Shown here: positions 17,611 through 26,723 of the stretch, in pieces
Numbering within the stretch: position 1 is the stretch's first letter
Layout: each line of letters starts with the position of its first letter
DNA from: Clostridia bacterium
Lineage (GTDB): Bacteria; Bacillota; Clostridia; Oscillospirales; RGIG5554
Assembly (NCBI GenBank): GCA_017507855.1
Contig: JAFWAE010000026.1
Coordinates: forward strand, 146,991-210,990
DNA: 64,000 bases
Reading direction: 5' to 3'
Position numbers and translations under genes: made by a program
Notes under the pieces: model-generated
Told to the model about the DNA's origin: nothing
The model's input: only the letters and a program-made list of their open reading frames with translations
Databases searched by the model: none

Positions 17611-18348
17611 TCAGGGCATCCACAGTCCCCCGTTGGGGGATAAAGTCTGGCCGCAGAAGTAGGAGGCTTTGTCGGAGGCCAAAAACAGCACCGCTTGGGC
17701 GATCTCCTCGGCTTTTCCCAAACGCTCCAGGGGAATGTCTTGGGCAAAATCCCGCATTTCTTCGGCGGTGTAGCAGTCCAGCATATGGGTATCTACGGCT
17801 CCGGGGGCCACGGCGTTGACCCGTATTCCGCTGGGGGCCAGCTCAGCGGCCAGGGAACGGGTCAGTCCCAGCACGGCAGCTTTGGAGGCGGCGTAGACCG
17901 CTTCGCAGGAGGCGGGAGCCTGGGCCCACACGGAGGCGACGTTGACGATTACGCCCTTCTTGCGACGCACCATAGAGGGGATGACGGCACGGGAGCACAG
18001 AAAGGGGCCGCGTACGTTGACGGCCATGAGGCAGTCGAACTCTGCCACGGTCATATCCGACAGCAGGCCGCTGTGCTGAGCGATGCCCGCGTTGTTGACC
18101 AGCACGTCCACCTCCCCCAACTGTTGGGTAATCTCGCGATGGATGCGCAAAACGGAGGCCTCGTCCCCCACGTCCCCGCCGAAAACGGCGGCGCGGCCCC
18201 CTTGGGCCAGGAGGTGCCGACAAAGCTCTTCGGCTTGCTGTTGGGAATGAAGATAGTGGATGGCTACGGCGTATCCTTCGGCGGCAAAGGCCTCCGCACA
18301 GGCGCGGCCGATGCCCCGGGACGAGCCGGTGATCCAAACGGTTTTCAT
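17611..18348 (-). CDS. SDR-family oxidoreductase (FabG-like)
   Basis: TGSSRGIG, NNAG and YAASK motifs. 245 aa. Confidence 0.88.
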   Translation of the reverse strand: MKTVWITGSSRGIGRACAEAFAAEGYAVAIHYLHSQQQAEELCRHLLAQGGRAAVFGGDVGDEASVLRIHREITQQLGEVDVLVNNAGIAQHSGLLSDMTVAEFDCLMAVNVRGPFLCSRAVIPSMVRRKKGVIVNVASVWAQAPASCEAVYAASKAAVLGLTRSLAAELAPSGIRVNAVAPGAVDTHMLDCYTAEEMRDFAQDIPLERLGKAEEIAQAVLFLASDKASYFCGQTLSPNGGLWMP

Positions 18349-18366
18349 GATAGGGACCTCCCTGTT

Positions 18367-19761
18367 TTACTGTAAGGCCATCACGGCATTTTTGAACGCG
18401 TGACCCCGTTCTTCAAAATTACGGAACAGATCGAAGCTGGTAAAGGCGGGAGAAAGGAGGACCGCATCCCCCGGACGGGCCATTTTTGCGGCGGCGGCCA
18501 CGGCCTGTTCCATGGTGTCGGTCTGCACGATGGGCGGACGCGTGCCCTCGCAAGGGGCGCTTTCCAGCAGTTGGCGCAAAGCGGGTCCCATGGGGCCCAG
18601 CAGTACCACGCCCCGCGCTTGCTTTAAGATGGGTTTAGCCAGCTCGTCAAAGGGGATTCCCTTGGGCTTGCCTCCCAGGATCATAACCAGGGGCGTTTGG
18701 GGAAACAGGCTGACGGTGGCCAGCGTGCGGGCAGGGGAGGAGTCGATGGAGCTGTTGACGTAGCGTACCTGCCGTAGGCAACGCACCGTTTCGCAGCGAT
18801 GCTCTACACCCTGAAATTCCTCGGCCACGCGAAGCATCGTTTCGGGCTGCACCAGCTCGCCCACGGCGCAGAAGGCGGCCATGAAGTTCTGCGCGTTGTA
18901 TTTACCCGGCAGGGCCAGCCGACGGCGTTCCATAAAGGGGCGGGCCACTCCGTTTTCAGCCTCGAAAAAGGTACCGTTTTCCAAAAAAACACCGTTTTCC
19001 GGGCGGTTGACGTCGGAAAACCAGCGCACGCGGCCCGGGGCACGGGCGGCGTAGTCGCGGCTGTAAGGGTCGTCGGCGTTGAGGCAAAGAAGATGCTCCT
19101 TGCCGCCGTGTAAAAAGATGTTGGCCTTGCTTTCCGCGTATTCGGCCATATCCTTATGCCAATCCAAGTGGTTGGGGGAAATATTGGTGATCACGGCCAC
19201 GTCCGGAGAGGTCTCCAGGGCGAAAAGCTGGAAGCTGGAAAGCTCCAGCACGGCCACGGTGTCCTGCGAAAGGGATTCCACTTGGGTCATCAGGGGCGTG
19301 CCGATATTGCCTCCGCACACGCAGGGAATCCCTTGGGCCCGCAACAGCTCGCGGATCAAAGAGGTGGTGGTGGTTTTTCCGCTGCTTCCCGTGACGGCTA
19401 CGGTGCGCCCGTGGAACATTTGCAAAAACAGGTCCATTTCTCCGGTCACCAGGGCTCCTGCGACCGCGGCTTTTTGCAAAGCGGGAAGGTCGCGGCGGAT
19501 GCCGGGGGAGTGGAGGATCAGGTCAAAGCCCTCCAGGCCGTCCAGATAACCGTCGCCCCCCACGATCTGCGCCCCTTTCAGGCGTTGAGGGATGCCGTCG
19601 GCCTCCAGGGAGGCGGGATCGCGGCGGTCGCGGGCGCTGACCAGGGCTCCTGCGGCCAGAAAATATTCTGCCGCGGGCAGATTGCTGATGCCCAGGCCGA
19701 TCACGGCCACCCGTTTTCCCTTGACGAAGGCCTTCAATTGGGCGGGGGAAGAAAATCTCAT
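18367..19761 (-). CDS. murD: UDP-N-acetylmuramoyl-L-alanine--D-glutamate ligase
   Basis: KRVAVIGLGISN..., VAVTGSSGKTTTTSLI and the Mur ligase central and C-terminal domains. ATG 19761 has AGGAGG 7 nt upstream. The track start at 19788 is TTG. Confidence 0.9.
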   Translation of the reverse strand: MRFSSPAQLKAFVKGKRVAVIGLGISNLPAAEYFLAAGALVSARDRRDPASLEADGIPQRLKGAQIVGGDGYLDGLEGFDLILHSPGIRRDLPALQKAAVAGALVTGEMDLFLQMFHGRTVAVTGSSGKTTTTSLIRELLRAQGIPCVCGGNIGTPLMTQVESLSQDTVAVLELSSFQLFALETSPDVAVITNISPNHLDWHKDMAEYAESKANIFLHGGKEHLLCLNADDPYSRDYAARAPGRVRWFSDVNRPENGVFLENGTFFEAENGVARPFMERRRLALPGKYNAQNFMAAFCAVGELVQPETMLRVAEEFQGVEHRCETVRCLRQVRYVNSSIDSSPARTLATVSLFPQTPLVMILGGKPKGIPFDELAKPILKQARGVVLLGPMGPALRQLLESAPCEGTRPPIVQTDTMEQAVAAAAKMARPGDAVLLSPAFTSFDLFRNFEERGHAFKNAVMALQ

Positions 19762-19812
19762 AAAAAACCTCCTGCTCTGCCATGACAAAGCTGTTTTTCC
19801 ACATATAATATG

Positions 19813-19841
19813 ATTGTATCATGTTTGAGGTGAAAAAGCAA
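19813..19841 (-). promoter_or_regulatory. candidate promoter for murD
   Basis: Minus strand reads TTGCTT, 17-nt spacer, TACAAT, with TGA immediately 5' of the -10 (extended -10 type). Confidence 0.4.
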
Positions 19842-19873
19842 CAAAAACGGGGAAAGAAGTAGGGAGAAAATGC

Positions 19874-19902
19874 TTGCGCCGCCGGGAGAAATGACGTATA
19901 AT
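19874..19902 (+). promoter_or_regulatory. candidate promoter for the HAD hydrolase gene
   Basis: TTGCGC, 17-nt spacer, TATAAT. Confidence 0.45.
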
Positions 19903-19936
19903 AGAAAACGGACGAAAACGGAAAGGAAGATGCAAC

Positions 19937-20605
19937 GTGATCCGTGCGGTACTGATCGACGTGGACGACACGCTGTTGGATTTCAGGCTTTGTGCCAAGG
20001 CTTCCATGGAACGGGCGGCGGCCAAAGCGGGCATTGACTTGCCCGACAATGCGACAGAGGTGTTTTTCCCCCTGAACGACAGCCTGTGGAAGCAGATCGA
20101 AACGGGGCAGATGACCCTTGACGAGCTGCACCGCACCCGTTGGAAAAAGGTGTTTGACGCCCTGGGAATTTGCGGGGACGGGGAAGCCTTTGAGGTGCTT
20201 TTTCGCCGTGAGTTGGCCGAAAGCGCCGAGCCCACCCACGGGGCCCGCCGTCTGCTGGAGCATCTTCACGGCCGTTACGTGTTGGGCATCGCCAGCAACG
20301 CCCCTTACGACCAGCAGCTGCATCGCTTGCAACTGGCCGGCTTTCACACTTATTTCCGGCATCTGTTCGTTTCCGAGCGCATCGGCGCCGCCAAGCCCTC
20401 CCCGGCCTTTTTCGAGGCCTGCTGTCGGGCGTTGGAGCCCATTCCCCCTCATCAGATCCTGATGATCGGCGATTCCCTGCGTGCGGACGTGCGCGGTGCC
20501 AAGGCCGCGGGGATGAAGACCTGCTGGCTCAACCGCCGCGGCGAGAAAAGCGACGAGGCGGACTACACCGTTTCCTCTTTGGAGGAGGTGCTCGGCCTGC
20601 TGTGA
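19937..20605 (+). CDS. HAD-IA family hydrolase (YjjG-like nucleotidase type)
   Basis: GTG start after GAAAGGAAG. Motifs: VLIDVDDTLLDF (DxDxT), GIASNA, AAKP and GDSLRADVRGA. Confidence 0.85.
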   Translation: MIRAVLIDVDDTLLDFRLCAKASMERAAAKAGIDLPDNATEVFFPLNDSLWKQIETGQMTLDELHRTRWKKVFDALGICGDGEAFEVLFRRELAESAEPTHGARRLLEHLHGRYVLGIASNAPYDQQLHRLQLAGFHTYFRHLFVSERIGAAKPSPAFFEACCRALEPIPPHQILMIGDSLRADVRGAKAAGMKTCWLNRRGEKSDEADYTVSSLEEVLGLL

Positions 20606-20622
20606 ATTTTACGCCGCGGGGA

Positions 20623-20651
20623 TTGACAAATTTTGCATGTGGGTGTAAACT
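20623..20651 (+). promoter_or_regulatory. promoter of RNase P RNA
   Basis: TTGACA (20623-20628), 17-nt spacer, TAAACT (20646-20651), 6-7 nt before the P1 helix. Confidence 0.6.
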
Positions 20652-20657
20652 GGAGGA

Positions 20658-21012
20658 GCGAGAAAGCAAGATGGGCAGTTGCGTGCGGCGGATCCGAAAG
20701 GTGCCGTATGAGGAAAGTCCGGGCTTCGCAGGGCAGGATAGTGGGTAACGCCCACCGAAGGCGACTTCAGGGACAGTGCAACAGAGAGATACCGCCGCGC
20801 TTCGGCGCGGTAAGGGTGGAAAGGCGAGGTAAGAGCTCACCGACCCTTCGGGTGACCGCGGGGTCCTGTAAACCCTATCCGAAGCAACACCGCATACGGG
20901 GGAGGCTTGCCCGGCCGTTGATCCCAAGGGTGGCGCGAGCACCTCGGCAACGGGGTGCCAAGACAGATGATTGCCGACCACAAAACCCGGCTTACAGTCT
21001 TGCTTTCTCTCA
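20658..21012 (+). ncRNA. rnpB: RNase P RNA (bacterial M1 RNA)
   Basis: Universal signatures GAGGAAAGTCCGGGC (near 20711), CAGTGCAACAGAGAG, GGTAAGGGTGAAA-like GGTAAGGGTGGAAAGG, and ACAAAACCCGGCTTACAG near the 3' end. The P1 helix pairs GAGAAAGCAAG (20660-20670) with CTTGCTTTCTC (20999-21009). Confidence 0.92.
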
Positions 21013-21020
21013 CTATTTCC

Positions 21021-21067
21021 TTTTGTTTGTGCATCTTCCCCAAAAGCAAGCTGTTTTGTTTGTGCAT
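21021..21067 (+). repeat. two direct copies of TTTTGTTTGTGCAT spaced 33 nt apart, upstream of a promoter
   Basis: Exact 14-mers at 21021-21034 and 21054-21067. The next promoter -35 is at 21087. Confidence 0.6.
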
Positions 21068-21086
21068 TCTGCCGAAAAAGAAAGTC

Positions 21087-21115
21087 TTGACTATTGCGGG
21101 GAAACATTGTATAAT
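21087..21115 (+). promoter_or_regulatory. candidate sigma-A promoter for the 135-aa membrane protein gene
   Basis: TTGACT, 17-nt spacer, TATAAT. Confidence 0.55.
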
Positions 21116-21162
21116 AGTATATCACCCTGTGAATTTTATTATTATCCGGGAGGAACAGTTTC

Positions 21163-21570
21163 ATGGACGAATATAAGAAGGGCAAACGCCTGAGCATCAT
21201 CATCTACGTTATCCTGCTTTTGGTAGGAGCCTATCCCATCCTCAACAGCGCTATCGGCGGTCTGTTGCTGGGCGGCAACACCGGTGACTTGGTTGAGCTG
21301 GCCATCGGCGCGGCTGTAGTGGCGGCCATCGTGGTGCTGGCGATCTTTATCAATAAGGGCTACAAGGTGGCCTGGCTGTTGATGGCGGTCATCTCTTCCG
21401 CCATGGCACTGTATCTGTTCTTCGGCACTTCCGGGGAGGATTTCTCTTTGGAAATCACCCTGCGCGTGGCCGGTTTTGCCTATGCCGGCGGCATGCTGTT
21501 TGCGTCTCCTTCCTTCAAGACTTACCTGCGCAAGCGTATGCAGCTGAGAACGGGCCGTTTCGATTTTTAA
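21163..21570 (+). CDS. hypothetical small membrane protein (135 aa)
   Basis: Four hydrophobic segments. GGGAGGA RBS precedes ATG 21163. Followed by a terminator. Confidence 0.65.
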   Translation: MDEYKKGKRLSIIIYVILLLVGAYPILNSAIGGLLLGGNTGDLVELAIGAAVVAAIVVLAIFINKGYKVAWLLMAVISSAMALYLFFGTSGEDFSLEITLRVAGFAYAGGMLFASPSFKTYLRKRMQLRTGRFDF

Positions 21571-21581
21571 GCAAACACTTC

Positions 21582-21611
21582 AATCCCGTTCAGAGATGGA
21601 CGGGATTTTTG
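21582..21611 (+). terminator. rho-independent terminator
   Basis: AATCCCGT-loop-ACGGGATT followed by TTTT. Confidence 0.75.
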
Positions 21612-21651
21612 TGCGCATTGGAACAATATTTGTTAAGGAGTATAGCTGTTT

Positions 21652-22374
21652 ATGTCCGGACATTCCAAGTGGAAAAATATCATGCATAAAAAGGGCAAGA
21701 CCGATGCCCAGCGCGCCAAGCTGTTCACCAAGGTGGGCAAGGAGATCATGATGGCCGTGCGCGACGGCGGCAGCGCCGATCCCCAGGCCAACTCCCGCCT
21801 GCGCGACGTGATCACCAAGGCCAAGGCACAAAATGTGCCCAACGACAATATCGACCGCCTTATCGCCAAGGCCAAAGGGGCGGGGAACACCGAAAGCTAC
21901 GAAAAGATCGTCTACGAGGGTTACGGCCCCGGCGGCGTGGCTGTGATCGTGGAAACGGCTACCGACAACCGCAACCGTACTGCCGGCGACATGCGCCATT
22001 ATTTTGACAAAAGCGGCGGCAACCTGGGCCAGACGGGCAGCGTGGGTTACCTGTTTTCCCGCAAGGGCGTACTGACCCTGGACGACGAGGGGCTGGACGA
22101 GGAACAGCTGATGATGGATGCGCTGGAGGCCGGTGCCGAAGACGTGTCTCACGACGACGGCATGTTCGAGGTCACCACTGAGGCGGATGATTTCTCCGCC
22201 GTTTGCGATGCGCTGACCAAAGCGGGCTACGTCTTTACTTCCGCGCAGGTGGAACAGGTCCCCTCCGTATACGTGACCTTGACCGACGAGGAGCAATCCC
22301 TGAAATTCCAGAAGCTGTTGGACATGCTGGATGAAAACGACGACGTGACCGACGTGTGGCATAATTGCGATTAA
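21652..22374 (+). CDS. YebC/PmpR-family DNA-binding transcriptional regulator
   Basis: MSGHSKWKNIMHKKGKTDAQRAKLFTKVGKEIMMAVRDGG.DP..NSRLR is the hallmark N-terminus. 240 aa. Confidence 0.93.
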   Translation: MSGHSKWKNIMHKKGKTDAQRAKLFTKVGKEIMMAVRDGGSADPQANSRLRDVITKAKAQNVPNDNIDRLIAKAKGAGNTESYEKIVYEGYGPGGVAVIVETATDNRNRTAGDMRHYFDKSGGNLGQTGSVGYLFSRKGVLTLDDEGLDEEQLMMDALEAGAEDVSHDDGMFEVTTEADDFSAVCDALTKAGYVFTSAQVEQVPSVYVTLTDEEQSLKFQKLLDMLDENDDVTDVWHNCD

Positions 22375-22429
22375 GCCCCGCGCGATATACGGGATCTTTG
22401 AAAAAAGTAGTAAAAAAGGAGTTTTAATT

Positions 22430-23362
22430 ATGGGTCTTCAAACCACAAAGGAAATGTTTGCCAAGGCTTACGAGGGTGGCTACGCCATTGGCGCCTTCAA
22501 TTTTAACAACATGGAGGTCGTGCAGTCTATTGCTCGCACGGCGGCTGAGGAAAAGGCCCCCTTCATTCTGCAGGCCAGCGCCTCGGCCATCAAGTTTGCC
22601 GGCATGGCTTACGTGATCGCTTTGGCCAAGGCTGTGGAAGCGGAAAACCCCGACGCCGTTTTTGCCCTGCATCTGGACCACGGCGAGGATTTTGAGATCT
22701 GCAAGGCCTGCGTGGATGCGGGCTTCACCTCTGTCATGTTCGACGGCTCCAAGTATCCCCTGGAGGAAAACATCCGCCGCACCAAGGAAGTGGTGGACTA
22801 CGCTCATGCCCACGGAGCCGTGGTAGAGGGCGAGCTGGGCCGCCTGGCCGGTGTGGAAGACGACGTGAATGTGTCCGCCGAGGATGCCATGTATACCGAT
22901 CCCGCTGAGGCGGAGCGCTTTGTGAAGGAAACGGGCGTAGATTCTCTGGCTATCGCCATCGGCACCAGCCACGGCGCATTTAAGTTTAAGGGCGAGGCCC
23001 GTCTGCGCTTGGATATTCTGGAAGAAGTGGCCCGACGCTTGCCCGGCTTCCCCATCGTGTTGCACGGTGCTTCCTCCGTTCCCGGTTACCTGATCGACCA
23101 GATCAACGCTTACGGCGGTCAGATGGACGGTGCCAAGGGCGTGCCTGCCGAGCTGCTGCGCAAAGCCGCTTCTATGGCTGTGTGCAAGATCAACATCGAT
23201 TCCGACATCCGTATGGCCATGACTGCCGCCGTTCGCAAGTCCTTTGTGGAATCTCCCGCCAATTTTGACCCCCGTAAATATATGGGGCCTGCCCGCGACG
23301 AGATCCGCAACGTGGTGATCGACAAGCTCCGCAATGCGCTGGGCGCTTCCGGCAAGGCTTAA
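22430..23362 (+). CDS. fba: class II fructose-1,6-bisphosphate aldolase
   Basis: YAIGAFNFNNMEVVQ, LHLDHG, EGELG.L.G.ED and IAIGTSHGAFKF motifs. 310 aa. Confidence 0.93.
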   Translation: MGLQTTKEMFAKAYEGGYAIGAFNFNNMEVVQSIARTAAEEKAPFILQASASAIKFAGMAYVIALAKAVEAENPDAVFALHLDHGEDFEICKACVDAGFTSVMFDGSKYPLEENIRRTKEVVDYAHAHGAVVEGELGRLAGVEDDVNVSAEDAMYTDPAEAERFVKETGVDSLAIAIGTSHGAFKFKGEARLRLDILEEVARRLPGFPIVLHGASSVPGYLIDQINAYGGQMDGAKGVPAELLRKAASMAVCKINIDSDIRMAMTAAVRKSFVESPANFDPRKYMGPARDEIRNVVIDKLRNALGASGKA

Positions 23363-23378
23363 TTTTCAGTTTTTTTGC

Positions 23379-23413
23379 ATTCCCCGCTGCTTACCGGCGG
23401 GGAATATTTTTTT
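23379..23413 (+). terminator. rho-independent terminator after fba
   Basis: ATTCCCCGC-loop-GCGGGGAAT followed by ATTTTTTT. Confidence 0.8.
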
Positions 23414-23433
23414 GGAAAAATTTCAAATACACC

Positions 23434-23462
23434 TTGACAAAAAAGGCTTTTTTACATATAAT
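23434..23462 (+). promoter_or_regulatory. consensus sigma-A promoter for the GxGYxYP lipoprotein gene
   Basis: TTGACA (23434-23439), 17-nt spacer, TATAAT (23457-23462). Confidence 0.6.
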
Positions 23463-23526
23463 TTTGTATTAGTAAGGAATGCGCATTCTAAAAGTGCGTT
23501 CCGCAAAGAAAGGAAATCGGATCTTT

Positions 23527-26511
23527 ATGAGAAAAACAGGCAAATTTTCCTGCGTGAGCAGAGCGGCCTGCGGCGTGTTGGCTGCGGCCATGGCGCTTTC
23601 GCTGGGAGCTTGCGTAGAACCCGGAGGAAAAGAGGTACTCTACATGAAGGAAACGTATAAAAAACAGCTTCCCGAATTGGTGAGCTTTGAAAAGGCCGAG
23701 GATCTGACGCTGGTAAGCATCAGCGGCGGCGAAGGGGTGCTCAGTGCCGACTACGTGGGCCATGCCTCGCAATCCGCACAGGGGCTGCAACTCAGCGGTA
23801 AGGCGGGCCAGACGGCCACGGTTTCTTTGGACGGCGCCTTGCAGGTGGACGATACCCGCCGTTACGACATCCGCTGGCATGAGCACATGGGCTTTGCGGT
23901 GGATCTGAACAATCCCAACGATTTTGACGTGAAGGTGACTCTTCGTTTGTACGATAGCGAAGCAGGGGAAGGGATGTACGCCACCAAGGAGCTGATCCTG
24001 CGCCCCGGTACGGAGCTGGCCTTTGAATGGATGAATGAGGAGATCACCCGTTTCGACGAGGTGGATCTGACCCATATCGACAAGGTAGAGCTTTCCGCCA
24101 CAGCAGAAAAGGATTTTGTGCTGTACACCGACAACTGGCGTTTGCTGGAGCCCTACGGGGAGAAAAACGTCTATTATTATGATATTCCCGGTGCCAGCAC
24201 CTCTGCCAAGTATAATGAGACGGCAGCCTTTGTGGCGCTGCAGGGTGTTATCAACCGTATGGGGCCCGCCTTGCAGCTGTGGTGCGGCGACAACGGCGGC
24301 ATGGATAACAGCTGGTGGAAGATCATGACCGCCGAGGGATATTGGCTCAATGGCTATAACCGCAAAGAGCTGAAGACCTTTGAGGCGGTGGTGGATAAAT
24401 TTGCCGACCGTATCAGCGGCGTGATCATCTGGGACGAAGCTGTTCCCGCCACCATTAACGTGGCTTCCACGCTGGCCGGTGTATTTAATGCTGTGCCTGT
24501 GGTGTACGGCTCTGCGGAATACGAGCTTCTCGTAACGCAAAAGGGGTACAAGGTGCTCTACGACCTGCGGGGCAAGTTTGACGGCAAAACGGATCCCGCG
24601 CCCGGAGTCAAGACCACCGGAAGCCCCAAGAACGACGCCTATCTGTTTGCCAAATGGCTGGTGCTGGATGCAGGTCTTTGCGATCCGCTGTACTTCGGTG
24701 AGTATCAGGATTCCTACATCATTTCTCCCGACCAGGCGGACAGCCGTTGGTTTGTGGTGGACCGCGACGCCATGACAGCCAAAAAGGGCTTTATGTATGA
24801 CCTGAACTATTGGCCTAATATTTCGGCGGACGACGAGGTCAATTCTCCCGCGGGTGTGGACTACAACACCACCTGCGCTTTGCTGGACAGCGCCTGGGCT
24901 CAACTGCGCGAATCTCATATTATTGAAGTTTTGGGATGTTCCAACTTCTACGGAAAATACACCTCCGTTTACAGCGCTTCCGAAGGTGAGTGGGGTAATA
25001 TTCAGCTGATCACTGAGCATCACGGAATGCTGACGGCGGACGCGGAATGCCGCAACGCCTCCTTCTATTACCATGCCCCTCAAAGCCATCAGCTGGTGCA
25101 GAACGCCCCCTCCGAGCGGGCGGTGAGCTCCTCCTATGAGGAAGGCAAGGTCTACGTGATGATCGAGGGCTTTGACTACGACGGCCTTTGCCAAAACTAC
25201 GGCAACTGGCAGTGGATGGCCGCTGATCGCACGGTGAGCACCCGTCTGATCCCCGTGTCCCTGAGCGCCACGGTCATGGTGTATAAGTATTCGCCTGCCA
25301 TTATGCAGTATTATTACGATACCAAGACCGAAAAGGACTTTATCGTAGGCGGCCCCTCCGGCGTTGGCTACGTGCTTCCCTCTCATATGGACGAGCGCAT
25401 GGTGGAACTGTTTGCCGAGCAGGGCAAGCATTACTACTCCCGCCTTAATTATAAGGTGGCCAATTTCAACATCGACAACCAAATTCCCGACGACAGTATT
25501 CTGGAGGCTTATTCCACCTTTGCCACCGACGGGTACGGGGTGACCAATATCTCCGGGCCGCAGGTGAAGACCAAGCTGGTCAACCGCATGGTGCTCAACG
25601 TGCTGGGCGGAGTTGGCAGCAAGGAGGCCACGGCGGCGGCAAAGGAAATGATGACGCAGATCAAGTATTACAACCCCGGCATGAAGCCCGGAGATACGGT
25701 GTTCTACACGGCCCGCTTTGCCCGTGCGGACATCGGCTTTTACGACGACGTGGCCAAGGCCTGTCAGGAGATCTACGCCGATTACAATTTCGAATTCGTG
25801 GATCCCTATACCTACTATTACTACCTGCGCGAATATTTGGGCGGAGACAACAACCGTCTCTCCTCCGTGACGGATTGGGACGTGGCCGAGCGCGTGTGTG
25901 CCCAAACTACTACGACTGTGACCGCCTCTTTCCGCAACGATGGCCGCGACACCTGGAAAAAGGGCGATGTCTTCGGTCTGTTGCAACTGACGGACAAGGC
26001 AGGCAACGTGGTCGCCGAGCTGAAGAGCAAGCTGAAAAACGACGTCAAGCCCCTGCAGACGGCAGAGCTCTCCTTTGACGTGACCTGGCCCGAAAAGACG
26101 GGGGACTACAACGTCAAGATCCAGATGAGCGACGGAGAGAAGACCTTTGAGGAATATTTCAACGTGGCCTTTGAGACGAAGGTGCGCGTAGCCGAGACAT
26201 GGGATGAGCTTCCCGGCTCCTTCCGTCCGCTGACGCCCACCAATCAAGTTCCTCACGAAGGAAGCACGACCATTACCTTCAAGTGGGAGGAGTCTCAGGG
26301 CGCGCAGAGCTATAAGATCGTGTTGGCCCGGGATAAGAACTTCAAAGAAGTGGTAGAGACGGCCGAGGGCCTGACGGAGGCTACCTATACCACCACGGTG
26401 GCATTGGAGGACGGGTTGCATTTTTGGAAGGTGGAGGCGACGAACGGTGTCGGCTCTGTCGAGGAGATCTTCGGTAGCTTCATGCACCGTAACGAGTCCC
26501 GCGTGAAATAA
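23527..26511 (+). CDS. secreted lipoprotein, GxGYxYP-type putative glycoside hydrolase with C-terminal Ig/FN3-like modules
   Basis: Start is at MRKTGKFSCVSRAACGVLAAAMALSLGAC (signal peptide ending in a lipobox-like LGAC). The internal sequence GGPSGVGYVLP resembles the GxGYxYP family motif. The C-terminal sequence FKWEESQGAQSYKIVLARDKNFKEVVE...WKVEATNG is FN3-like. The track ORF begins upstream at 23479. Confidence 0.75.
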   Translation: MRKTGKFSCVSRAACGVLAAAMALSLGACVEPGGKEVLYMKETYKKQLPELVSFEKAEDLTLVSISGGEGVLSADYVGHASQSAQGLQLSGKAGQTATVSLDGALQVDDTRRYDIRWHEHMGFAVDLNNPNDFDVKVTLRLYDSEAGEGMYATKELILRPGTELAFEWMNEEITRFDEVDLTHIDKVELSATAEKDFVLYTDNWRLLEPYGEKNVYYYDIPGASTSAKYNETAAFVALQGVINRMGPALQLWCGDNGGMDNSWWKIMTAEGYWLNGYNRKELKTFEAVVDKFADRISGVIIWDEAVPATINVASTLAGVFNAVPVVYGSAEYELLVTQKGYKVLYDLRGKFDGKTDPAPGVKTTGSPKNDAYLFAKWLVLDAGLCDPLYFGEYQDSYIISPDQADSRWFVVDRDAMTAKKGFMYDLNYWPNISADDEVNSPAGVDYNTTCALLDSAWAQLRESHIIEVLGCSNFYGKYTSVYSASEGEWGNIQLITEHHGMLTADAECRNASFYYHAPQSHQLVQNAPSERAVSSSYEEGKVYVMIEGFDYDGLCQNYGNWQWMAADRTVSTRLIPVSLSATVMVYKYSPAIMQYYYDTKTEKDFIVGGPSGVGYVLPSHMDERMVELFAEQGKHYYSRLNYKVANFNIDNQIPDDSILEAYSTFATDGYGVTNISGPQVKTKLVNRMVLNVLGGVGSKEATAAAKEMMTQIKYYNPGMKPGDTVFYTARFARADIGFYDDVAKACQEIYADYNFEFVDPYTYYYYLREYLGGDNNRLSSVTDWDVAERVCAQTTTTVTASFRNDGRDTWKKGDVFGLLQLTDKAGNVVAELKSKLKNDVKPLQTAELSFDVTWPEKTGDYNVKIQMSDGEKTFEEYFNVAFETKVRVAETWDELPGSFRPLTPTNQVPHEGSTTITFKWEESQGAQSYKIVLARDKNFKEVVETAEGLTEATYTTTVALEDGLHFWKVEATNGVGSVEEIFGSFMHRNESRVK

Positions 26512-26522
26512 GTTTTTTACGG

Positions 26523-26557
26523 CAAGCGCCCCTTTTGTACAAAGGGGCGCTTGTTTT
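26523..26557 (+). terminator. rho-independent terminator
   Basis: CAAGCGCCCCTTT-loop-AAAGGGGCGCTTG followed by TTTT. Confidence 0.8.
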
Positions 26558-26723
26558 GGCGCTAAAGACAGGATAAATTTGCAAAAAACACAGAATTTTT
26601 TTCTTTTTTTTAGGTGTTATTCTTTACAAATGGCATTTTTTTTGGTATTCTTATATGGTTGTAGAGGTAAAAAAGCCTGTATACGCTGAAATTTTGTTAC
26701 ACAAAACAAGGAGTGATTCCAAG

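Noticed and set aside
20529-21203. ORFs of 224 aa (minus strand) and 186 aa (plus strand, 20633..21193) spanning the HAD-to-membrane-protein gap
   Set aside because: The region is RNase P RNA, with universal rnpB signatures and a matching P1 helix. These ORFs are fortuitous.
23488-26487. 999-aa minus-strand ORF
   Set aside because: It is an antisense shadow of the GxGYxYP lipoprotein gene. The plus-strand gene has the promoter, signal peptide and terminator. The minus-strand product is low-complexity.
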